DNA from: Owenia fusiformis
Lineage: Eukaryota
DNA: 64,000 bases
Reading direction: 5' to 3'
Assembly (NCBI GenBank): GCA_903813345.2
Contig: CAIIXF020000001.1
Span: forward strand, 17,918,001 to 17,982,000
Below are positions 43,380-53,896 of the stretch, piece after piece (position 1 is the first letter of the stretch; every line of letters begins with the position of its first letter). A program made the translations under genes and the position numbers. Under the pieces are notes generated by a model. The model made no database searches. It had not been told where the DNA came from and was given only the letters and a program-made list of their open reading frames with translations.

Positions 43380-44430
43380 GAATTTTGGCAAGGGGGAGGG
43401 TGATTTACTCGAACCCAACGACCCCCCCCCCCTTCCTTGCCAAGGACCTGTATCAAATTTGTAATGTATTGATATATAGTAGTATCGTGTCATCAATGTT
43501 TTGTGTTTTTTGTGAAGTGAATAAAGGTGTTTGTGTCTGTGTGAGAGAGGGCTTTAAGTCTTATTTGTTGTAAGCTTAATTTGACAGAGAAACTTTTGAT
43601 TTAAATTGTGAGGAAACCCAATGAAGTAAAAATGTGAGGAAAGCCATTGATTAAAAATTAACTTTCCATTGAGTCAATCAATTAAATTCAAATTTTAACA
43701 CAATGTTAATTATAACATAAGGGACATTATACGATCAAATAAATATGAAAAACTAAATTTGCAAATTATTTTTCGGTTGAAATTAGAACCATCGGCTGTA
43801 GAAATTAATCCATTAACTCTAACAAACAGATTATTTATCGGTGTGAACAAAACTCAAATCATAGAAATAAAATAATTAGGGATTAAAGTTTGACTTATTA
43901 TATTGCTCTGGAATGTCAATACATGTATGTGAATGTTGAAAAACTATATGAATTTGAAAGAATCATTGGCCACGGGGAGGGGGGTCCTTAAGTATGGTTC
44001 TGTATAAAATGCGTAATGTATTAATTAATTATTGAGCAGTTCTGTGTCATGACTGTTTTTGTTGGCAAAGTGAATACAGGTGGTTGCTTGTATCTGTGTA
44101 AGAGAGGGATTTAAGAGTTATTTGCCAAAAACCTAATGTGACAGAGAAACAATGGAATAAAAATGTGAGGAAAACCAATTAATTAAAAATTCAAAAATTA
44201 ACTTTACAACGAATTAATTGATTGAATCAAAAATTTAACACAATGTTAATCATAACATAGGGACATTATACAATCAAATATATATGTAAAAACTTATTCT
44301 GCAAATTATTTTTGTGGAATTTTTTAAGAACCATCAGCTGTAGAGATTAATCCATTAACCATAACAAACGGATTAATTGTCAGTATGAATGAAACTAATT
44401 TCATAGGAATTGAATAATTAGGGATTAACG
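43380..44430 (+). repeat. Second block of the same ~530-540-bp repeat
   Basis: caatgaagtaaaaatgtgaggaaagccattgatt (~43619) and caatggaataaaatgtgaggaaaaccaatt (~44150). Shared gttggcaaagtgaatacaggtggttg with the 41-kb block. Confidence 0.85.
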
Positions 44431-46914
44431 GCTCGAAAATAAACGCGTATAATCGGTTTTTGATTGCAGATGCCAACATATTATTTGCTCCTGACAAAAA
44501 TATTATTCTATATTATATGGTATTATATGTTGTTCCCTTTAAATAATACACGAATAATATTATTAAATCAAAAATAATTCTTCAAAATACGTATTATATT
44601 TTTTTCCGCTATAATACAAAAAATAACTGCCTACTATACTGGAAAAAATATTCTCTATGATTCTCTCTTAATGCAACTTATTTTGCAGTATATTAAACAT
44701 TTTATTCTATATTATTTTTACATTTTTACCAAGTGTTAGTGTTTAAAAATGTACATTTTAATCAAAAGGTTTAATTTGGTATATAGTAAATAATTAGAAT
44801 AGAATGTGACACTTGCAAATGAATCTCGCAGTTCAGGTACACTTACATCAAACAAATAAATATGTTTAATTTTGAACATATCTATAAAATAAATCTGATG
44901 TTATCTTAAATGCATTGAAAGTACGCTATGTGTTCAGATTAATTGGAACAATACAGAAAAGTATTTTGACATATAGACTTTTCGCGGCTTTTCTTAAACC
45001 TTAAGATATATCAAACCTTACATCAGAGGAAATTATAGATTTTGACATACCAAAATATGATATTCATATTTATTATTTCAGATTTGGATTTGTTTTACCA
45101 TTCTCTATTTTATCTTGAATTACTTTTGACCCATCGTCTTTTTAGATATTATACTTTGAGGATGCTGAAGAGCGCTCACATGGATAGTTTGTAAATATTG
45201 CGAGTAATTTGATCACCCTTTCATGACATATTTTTTAGATTTTATAAACTTTTAATGTTTTTAACATTCTATAGACTACTTTAACGATATTTGAATTCTT
45301 TTTCAAAACTATTTATCCAATTTCCATACGGTCCATGCTGATTATAAACCTTAGGTTTGTTTTTAATGTCATCGTACTTTTAAATAGATTGCATTGATCC
45401 ATCTCTTGTAACTGTGATTGTTGTAGAATTCTCTCAAAATATAGTTTATAGAAAATGAGTATTGATATAAATTCAATATAATTCTCTTCAGTTCCATTGT
45501 CAAAATGCATTCGGCGAAACACAGACTCTTTCAAATTTCTCGTACATTCCCTGCTATTTTAGGTAAATGCATTGATTAATTTATACATATTTAATACACG
45601 CTGGTATACCTATATGCGTTTTCGTATATTCTATTTTTAACTTTGTGTGATCTTGAGATAGAACTTAACTATTGTTTTATAAAAAGTTGACATTTTGTGT
45701 TGGATTAATATGGTTAAGTATGACTTATAGATATGTGCTTTTTCAAATGTTGCCCCGTGTGTTTTATCTGGTCAAACACAAATAATGTATTGGTGAGTAA
45801 ACTAAGTCTACAGAAATGCCAGATTACCATGTGTATCGCGACATAAAAGTCGAAGAAATTGTTCTCTGCGATGTCGCTGTCACATTTCTTATTTTAAACA
45901 ATATTGATGGCTATCATTATATTTATAATGTTAAGTGATCTGACAAATAAAAACACTAACTCAGCTCAACATTTCTTAGCACTTGTGGTTTCATAACGCA
46001 ATGTGCTATGAGGGATCGGTCACTTGGAAATTATTTTATTTTAATACAAATAGTTAATTTTATACAATAAGTACAACACTTATAATTAGTTTTAATTGTA
46101 ACATGCCTTATTGAATTTTATTCTGGTTTTATCATTGAATATTTATTAGAAATGTATAATTGATGTCAATACCAGCATTATTGACATTGAAAATATCTCG
46201 GTTATCATATAAACTTAATGGTTCAAATTACAACGCCGGTCACGTGACAAAATGAAAAACAGAGCAAGATCAAAGCGTATTCCTCTGGTAGTCAATCGCA
46301 TCAAAACATTAAAACCGCTAACTCTATCAAATTAGGCTTGGTGTACGGCTAGCTAAGCTAGAAGTGTCTATGATACGTTGAAGTGACTATGATACGTTGA
46401 TACGAATAGTTTCTCTATTGACCGTAAGTCTTTCCAAGACATGCTGATTCATTCGAAAACAAAATGGCGACCGATCTTTTTTCTCGTCTGACCTACTGGA
46501 GAACGTTGGATTTTATTCTGGTTTTGTACAAAACAAGTTGTGCTTTTCAAACATTATTACCTCAATGGAAATGGCAGTTTATTTGATACCTGGTACCGCA
46601 TAGTGAACAAATGTTTCACTCGAAACAGGAGAATATTGAAGTAGTTCGTTTGCGGCCATATTGGGAAGTAGAAAACACGGCTAGTTTTAAGTCCCGCCTT
46701 CAAAAGTAGTTCCGACCTAAAGCAATCATGAACTATATCTTGCTTTTTAAGTGTATATACACATACTTTTTGCTTTTTCTTCAAACCAATCTACGACATA
46801 TTCTTATTTGCAACTAAATATTAAATAATAAACTCCTAAAGTGTTGTATGTTTTAATATTTCGTTAGAAAAATAGAGAAAAGTAGGATGGGTTTCCTCAT
46901 TTATTATTACTTAG

Positions 46915-47040
46915 TTGTGATTGGACGAGGATTGATGACGCGGTAATTTATTAGGTTTCATTATAGTATCTATGATTGGTTAATGTCAGGTCAAACAGTA
47001 CATTTTCAGTAATTCCAATTCCAGCAGCAGTTCTTTAGTT
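46915..47040 (+). promoter_or_regulatory. Candidate Post2 promoter region
   Basis: Two reverse CCAAT boxes (ATTGG 46920, 46975) and a CRE-like TGACGC (46936), upstream of a strong donor AAG|GTACGT at 47115. Motif-level evidence only. Confidence 0.3.
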
Positions 47041-47280
47041 TATGAAAAAAGTTGAGCATTTTCTGAATAACCATACACATGAATGCAGTTTCGTGGATAC
47101 ATATTAAGGAAAAGGTACGTTTGTCTTAAAGTTTGATAATTTCTTGATTTCTTGGTTGTGTAGCCTCGTGGGATAAACATAACCCCGTGAACTCTATAAT
47201 AAACCTCATTTATTGGCTGATGTGATAGATAGCTTGTGGCTAATGTGACTCATTTAAAGCAATGTTTCTGTAAAGTACGG

Positions 47281-47326
47281 ATGCCTACTACGGAAGCCTC
47301 AGAGATCATGGGGCTAGAGAATCAAG
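47281..47326 (+). CDS. Post2: Candidate short upstream coding exon of Post2 (MPTTEASEIMGLENQ-G)
   Basis: ATG 47281 (and in-frame ATG 47308) runs to the phase-1 donor AAG|GTAAAA at 47327. Joining it to the acceptor at 47660 (GG GAG CCA ATG) is in frame with the main exon. Confidence 0.3.
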
Positions 47327-47667
47327 GTAAAACTTTTCTTTATTAGATCTATGTGTTTGGATACTCTATGAGGTAATGTTTCTTTCAATGATTCGCATGT
47401 TAACTGCAAGGTGCGGCGTTACAACTCTAGCGATGATTGAACAGCGTAAAGTTGTGTGTATATTTTATTATGGCTAATGTTATCTCTTGTAGGACTACAC
47501 TGGTCAATAACTTTATATTGGCAGATCAAGAGGAGCGGCAATCCTCGAGTACTCTCTATCAGTGTTATTGCTTATCATTATGATCATTATGAGTGGTAAT
47601 GTTGGGTGGTTTAACATTTGCAACAACATTTATCATTTAGTTATGTCCCTGTTTTTCAGGGGAGCCA

Positions 47668-48160
47668 ATGATGGATTCCACAACCAGTATCCTAGCTCGA
47701 ACGGGACTCCAGTATTCTGCTAGTTCAGTCACAGCCGCGGGATTAGCGGCGGGGCAGGCTCAGGACACACGAAGGACTTTGTTAGCCGCTGGGGCGGCTC
47801 AGAACGGGTGGCCAGGTGCGGGGGCATACAGTGCATCAGAAAGTTCCGCTCACACACCCTGCAACTTCCCACCGTATAGTAATCTAACGGCCTCAGCCAG
47901 TGCGAATGCACACAAAGCTAGCTCCTACCCAGGAGTTCCAAGTAGCATGGACTTGATGACCAACTGCCAACAAATGCAGCTAAATACCCTGAACTCTCTT
48001 CCCCCGCGTACATTTCCCTTCTATGGAGATATGTATCAACCTGGTCACGCAGTAATGGGCGGTGGGGGTATTTTCTCAGACCTCGCCCAGACCATGCCCG
48101 CCTTACCACGTTTCGACGACAGTGGAGCCTACCTAAACGATACATCAAACACAAGCAATG
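47668..48160 (+). CDS. Post2: Posterior Hox (Post2) N-terminal coding exon; exon begins at 47660
   Basis: GC-rich ORF in an AT-rich background, Ala/Ser/Gly/Pro-rich like Hox N-termini. Preceded by the acceptor gtttttcag (ends 47659). Ends ...ACA AGC AAT G|GTACGT (phase 1), matching the phase of both homeobox exons. Confidence 0.85.
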
Positions 48161-51100
48161 GTACGTATGCTATACATCATGGTGGTCAATACCCATAAAA
48201 AGTATCAATTTACTCAACAGCACGGTTGATATTACACTAGCACATTTTTTGTAGTAGAAGTGATGGTTATTTTGACGTATTCACACTAGAGTAATTTCCT
48301 TTCCATAAAATCTCTATAAAGTTGGGGCATCACAGAGATAATTCGGTTAACGATATATTTGGAAGAAATAAAAATGATTTATGCCTTAAATGATTGACAC
48401 TTTGTTGTGTCATAGAAACTTTGTCTAAAAGATGGCGTGATATTAATTAAAGGTTGTTGTGTCATATTATAACATTCATCAATTATAATGATTGTTCCTT
48501 TTTGACGTTTATTATCTAGAAGTGATAGACCTAAATCTTTCTGATACCCATGACAGCTCTTTGAGTAATTAAGCCTTTACACTTGACCAACCCTGTTATA
48601 ATTTCAACTAATGCCTAATCGAATTCTCTGCCATTACCAGTGCAGTTGCCCCGCTAAATGACAATATGTTCAGTTACTTGCACTAGAATTGGCCTTTGTG
48701 GTAAAACACATTATCATCAGTGGATTAAGAGATAACAATAATGCAGATCGTTCTCTCAATTCAATGCCTGGTAATTTGCATCATCTCCTTCTCCAGATGA
48801 CCGTCCATTAAGACTTGTCTTAATTGGTTTAGAGATGTGATACATCTCTCAAAATCACATTTCTGTCAAATAAGTGATTCCAGTATTTCCTAAAATCAAT
48901 TTAGAACTGTAAACACGAAGTAAGAAAATGTTAGACCAAACAGTTTGGTGAAGGATTCTGAATGCGAAATGTACTTGTTGTAGATCTTTCAATTCATTTT
49001 AATCAGCAAAAATTTAAGGAATCAAATCTGTTTATAATCAAAGGGCTAAGCCGAATAATCTTCGATCATTCACATCTTTTCACAATCAGAAATTTTTATC
49101 TCTTTCCAAAGATGTTCAATGGTTAGATAAGTTTATAATACTGTGGAATCCTCAAAACTAGTATATTTTCAAAATCGGAAACTTTCAACTCCATTTGTGT
49201 TATAATCATTTCAAACGTAAGATAAAAAAGCATTTATGCAGAAAAATACTTATGATCTACATATACTATAATGAAATCAACACAAAAATACTAAACACAT
49301 AATGTACGCATATGAGGCAGTTAAAGTGAAATGAATCTATTCATATAGGATGAATCTCCAATATAATGTGTCTGTTTAATCGTGTAAAGTATTTTCACAT
49401 TGTACAGCTACACTGATCAGTTTAATATGCTTTGATGTTGAGTTCCATAAATAATTAAGTTAAATCATCTTTCTCGATTGTTTCATACTGTTAAAACAAT
49501 GTATTCCATCAGTATTGATCAAGTTGGATTGTTTATACTGACTAGATAAATCTGAAATGTTATCGTGTTAGTTATATGTTTGGGATGGTCAATGTCTTCA
49601 TTAAAACGGCTCTTTGTCTTTCCTGTGACTAATCACACTTAATAAAGGTAATACTAAATAGATGGAATAGATGCTTAATAGGTTCTTGTAAGACAAGAAC
49701 ATATGAGTCCAAAGCACACCAGGCTTGCGAATTTGCCTTATCTATGTGATACAACATAAAATACGCAAATGGAAAATCTGAGAATATAAGATATTCCAAA
49801 GGTAAACACACACACAAGGAAAACATAAACACAATGTATAGTTCAATTTTTGGGTTTATAGGCTTTGGTGACTTCATTGCTCATAAAAATGATATGAATA
49901 TTTTGGTCTCTGATTTACTGAGCTGTGGAGAATGGCATGCACTTCATCCAAGCGACTGTCACCTCCCACCTGCCCAAAGGCAGTAGAGGGGTCATATTCT
50001 CCCTTGAGAGACTTCATGCTTACACTTCAGTTGCCATGACGATGTGATCAATTACCCCAATAATCTAATGACCACACTATAAGATTATAGGTTATCCTTT
50101 GTTTGAAAAACCTTCAAATGATCGTCTTGTTCATCTTTGTTTATTTCTTTTGGACTGCGATTAAAGATATTGTCAAATAGTATATCACTAGTTATTAATA
50201 TTAAAGATTAAACAAACGTGAGAAAAATAAACAACTGTCGACGTAAATCAGTATTGTTAGTAATTATACCATTTTCCCTGTAAAATAACCGGTTGGTTGA
50301 GAGCCAGTGGGCAACGGCTGTGCGTACTTTGACAAATCAGAAAAAGCTATAACTTCACTGAAGGAGTTGTATTCTATGATTTATCGGTTTGCACCCATTT
50401 GGCATCAGATCCATGTGTTCAGGTCTATAATTATCAGAGGATAGTTCTCAACAATTACTATGCCTTTGATCTCAGTCATAAGCTGAAAATACTACGCGGC
50501 CGTTTCATAAAAACAATGGTCAAAGTCCAGCTCACTCGGAAGTAATATCATTGCATTGCTCATTTGTAATATCCTTTCTTGAATGAGAGCAGATTGGAAG
50601 TAATTGCAGTTGATAACATGCATAGAACGCATCAGTTCTCAAATCAGGATGTGTACATTCATTCATTCCCTGTGTCAGACTTTTCTCTACACAATATGCG
50701 TCAGATTTCCAGTTTTAATATGACTATTCTTTTATTTATTACTGTTTAATAGTTTACTTTTTACATGTTAAAAACATACAGAAAATAGAATCAATGTTTT
50801 GAGGGACAATAATCAATTTTCAGCCCCAAACGCCCAACATTCTATAATAGAATCTAATTGATTCGAGAGTACTCTGAAATAAATCATAAATTACATTCAT
50901 TGAGAACGGTACACAGGTTGCTGTTACGTAGATCTATTATGAACAGCCATCAAATAGCAATTCTAAACGCCGTGTTACCGCATGTATGTCTGAAATATGA
51001 TTTAAAATGATCCTGAATACGTTTTCCAAGTGGCATTACGTTGGTTATGTGATGATAATGTACAATATAGTAGGTTTTGGAGCATATGCCATATGTGTCA

Positions 51101-51217
51101 AGTCATTTAGGATGATCTATAGAATATGAAATATGGGAAAGAGATGTCAACTGAACACGTTGAACGTAAGCAGTTGGAGTTGCTGGTTCCAATTTTACCG
51201 CCACGTGTTCATCTCGT

Positions 51218-51430
51218 CAGGCCCGTAGCCAGGGGGGGAGGGGGTTCGATAGGTTCGAGCGACCCCCCCCCCCCCGGCCAAACATTCTTTTAAAATCAGC
51301 CAGTTTTTCACCATTCTGTGCACATTTTAAGTGATTTGGCCATTTTTGGACCAAGATTGTCAAAAGTGAACCCCCCCTGGAATTTTCCAAAAAGTGAACC
51401 CCCACTTGACAAATCTTGGCTACGGGCCTG
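51218..51430. mobile_element. 213-bp hAT-like MITE in the Post2 intron, 14-bp perfect TIR, 5-bp TSD CTCGT
   Basis: ctcgt|CAGGCCCGTAGCCA ... TGGCTACGGGCCTG|ctcgt. Confidence 0.85.
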
Positions 51431-52442
51431 CTCGTTGTCAATATTGCATACTGTATAGATACACCTTCTGCAATTAGGATATACCAACGACATTCCTTGA
51501 CACAATTAATGAAATACTTATTGATGTTAAGTTGAATTAGTTTGATTTTGTCAATGGCCATTTTGCCCTGTTCACATCTTTCACTAATCCGGTTGATGTC
51601 AAACAAATGAGCACTTCGTGTAAACTTTTTGATTTGTTCCTCGTGGTCTGCATCATTCAAAGGATTTGTTATGGATGGTTTTGACTAGTACATTTTGAGA
51701 AGTAAATCATAAGCAAAGGATGCATGTTATAATTCAGTGTTTTATGACTGGCTATTATAGGAACTCCATTTGCTTTATATTGGGATTTGTCATGGTTCTG
51801 TCAAATATCTTACCTGTCACATTTTACAAATGCCCATTGTCTTACATGCTTAAGTATCTTTTTATAACAAAATTCACCTAGAGTTTCACATCAAGTGAAA
51901 CATATAAATATCATAGATCATTTTGACAATGTATCTTGAGTTTTACTTCAGGTGAAACATAGATACCATAAATCATTTTTGTTACTATTCATGGCAAGTT
52001 TGTTCATCTCTATGTGTCCTCTGTGCGAATGCTTTTACGAGTAAAATGTCACATACTTGTATACTCACGTTGTTCCCAACAAACCCACCCATTGAATAAA
52101 CCCGCTATATTTCCATAAGTCATATGAGAATAAGCATATGAATTACATGTTATTGCTGTCAAGGTATTTTACCGTTTTATTTGTTCAACTGCTAATTGTT
52201 TTATCTATGGTTTTCAGTTGGCAATTATTGTCATTCCCTAAAGCTACATAGTATATATTGCGTAGGTTTGTTACCACGGTGACCTGAGACTACTTTTTTA
52301 ATTTTTAGGGTTCGACAATTCTCTCAGTATTGAAAACACTGATATGGCCACGCCAAAATTATATGATGTGTGTTGTATTTTAATGAATATCACTTAGAAA
52401 TTAGAGCTTCCATTCATGTTTTTGTGCAATGTCTCCTTGCAG

Positions 52443-52705
52443 AGCCCAGACAACGGAAGAAACGCAAGCCCTATACAAGGTACCAACTGATGGTATTAGA
52501 GAATGAGTTCATGAACAGTAGTTTCCTAACGCGCCAGAGCAGGTGGGAAATAGCCTGCAAGCTTCAACTAACAGAGCGCCAGGTGAAAGTGTGGTACCAA
52601 AACAGGAGGATGAAACGCAAAAAATTAAACGAACGAGCCAAGTCACTGACAGGCTCATCGCACGTGGGAGATACAGGGAACCCCTCAGGAGTGTTATCAG
52701 CATGA
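52443..52705 (+). CDS. Post2: Homeobox exon A: divergent Post2-type homeodomain (HD 52451-52630) plus a 24-aa tail
   Basis: Acceptor ctccttgcag ends 52442. G|AG CCC AGA gives [69 protein letters not shown]...VLSA*. Reading frame is intact. Confidence 0.85.
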
Positions 52706-52793
52706 CCAGTAAGATAGAGTCCCGCCACACCATGCTTAGCATGTCTCACTCTTGCTAACTACGTGTATTTATAGATACTTCATCCATTTTCAG

Positions 52794-53065
52794 AACCACG
52801 CCAAAGAAAAAAGCGAAAACCATACACCCGGTATCAGACAATGGTATTAGAAAATGAATTTCTGAACAATAGTTATATCACAAGGCAGAAGCGTTGGGAA
52901 ATATCGTGCAAACTGCATCTGAGTGAGAGACAGGTGAAGGTCTGGTTCCAAAACCGACGCATGAAGAGAAAGAAAATGAATGACAGAGTAAAAATGCTCG
53001 TCAAAGATGAGACAATAAATGGCGTTGGAATGAGCCATGTTGAACCAAGTCACATGCAAGTGTGA
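52794..53065 (+). CDS. Post2: Homeobox exon B: canonical Post2 homeodomain (HD 52802-52981) plus a 27-aa tail
   Basis: Branch-like CTAAC 52755-52759 and acceptor ccattttcag ending 52793. G|AA CCA CGC gives [67 protein letters not shown]...[17 protein letters not shown] and WEISCKL are Post2 signatures. Confidence 0.93.
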
Positions 53066-53890
53066 TCACGCATCAGCAGCGGGATTGTATATAAAAAGAG
53101 TCATACAAACGTGGGTGTGTACTGAATGATGGATGTGGATGAAATTAAGTGTTGATGGACTAGTATTTATAAAATACAATGTTGCAGTTGGAACCCCAAC
53201 TGAGGAGGCTTTCAGGGAAGATAGTATTATTTGCCTCAACTTAAGGCGTTCACCAACTAACCATCGCTTCTGATGTTTAGAGTGTATATATTATAACATC
53301 ATTTGCGAACCTCGGAGTCATTGAATTAAGCGGCAAGAAGCCGAGCATGGCTGGTGTACGCCATGGTATCACCACGTTGTACTTCCTTTATAGTAATAGA
53401 TCGTTTAGGTGTAGAGTCGATATCTGTATAGTAAATATTAATATATTCTATGATTAACAAGTATATGTAGAAAAAAGCATTGTTTCGTGTGGTCAACCTA
53501 TGTATTCTAAAGACTATGTTCTCCTTGTAAATCACCATTAACATTTTCATTTGTATATAGATCATTATGAATAACATTTTTAAATGTCAAACCACTGCGA
53601 AACAGATCTGATTGTAAATCAGAAAGATATTTATTTGAAAAGTTCCAACAAGTTGTATGGTATTATGAATATGTGTGCTTTATCGTAGTTTAAATGCTAA
53701 ATTACGGACGAGTTAATTGCGGGTTAAATATATTATGATATGTTTCATTGTGGGAGTTTACATAAAATCCTCATTTAGTAAACATAAACACCGCCATGGA
53801 ATATAGAATATACGCTGATTAATCATTGGGTTGATTTTTATAACTGATCCTAAAGGGATATACATCTCTCGTAAAGTCTACCAGGACTGT

Positions 53891-53896
53891 AATAAA
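53891..53896 (+). terminator. Candidate polyadenylation signal of Post2
   Basis: First AATAAA I could find downstream of the exon B stop (about 825 nt after it). None seen between exon A and exon B. Confidence 0.3.

Noticed and set aside
729-46784. The remaining 60-120-aa ORFs of the six-frame track
   Set aside because: Low-complexity F/L/I/K-rich translations typical of AT-rich non-coding DNA, many with non-ATG starts or lying inside repeats.
51217-51660. 147-aa minus-strand ORF in the Post2 intron
   Set aside because: Half of it runs through the MITE and it has no recognisable domain. Chance ORF.
52370-52442. N-terminal part of the track ORF 52370..52705 (MLYFNEYH...)
   Set aside because: GTG-started read-through of intron sequence upstream of the acceptor. 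Likewise 48161-48198 is intron read-through after the donor.
52615-52690. Programmed -1 frameshift fusing the two homeodomains
   Set aside because: Only near-matches to a slippery heptamer (A TTA AAC, A6 run) and no clear downstream structure. Kept only as a remote possibility.
52443-52705. Exon A as a Post1 gene or other separate Hox gene
   Set aside because: It carries Post2 signatures (YTRYQ.MVLENEF, WEI.CKL, MKRKK), shares the exact EPRQ splice position with exon B, and has no separate N-terminal exon that I can see.
52443-53065. Haplotype or assembly duplication of one exon
   Set aside because: The nucleotide sequences differ at most third positions and the tails are unrelated. An artefact would be near-identical.
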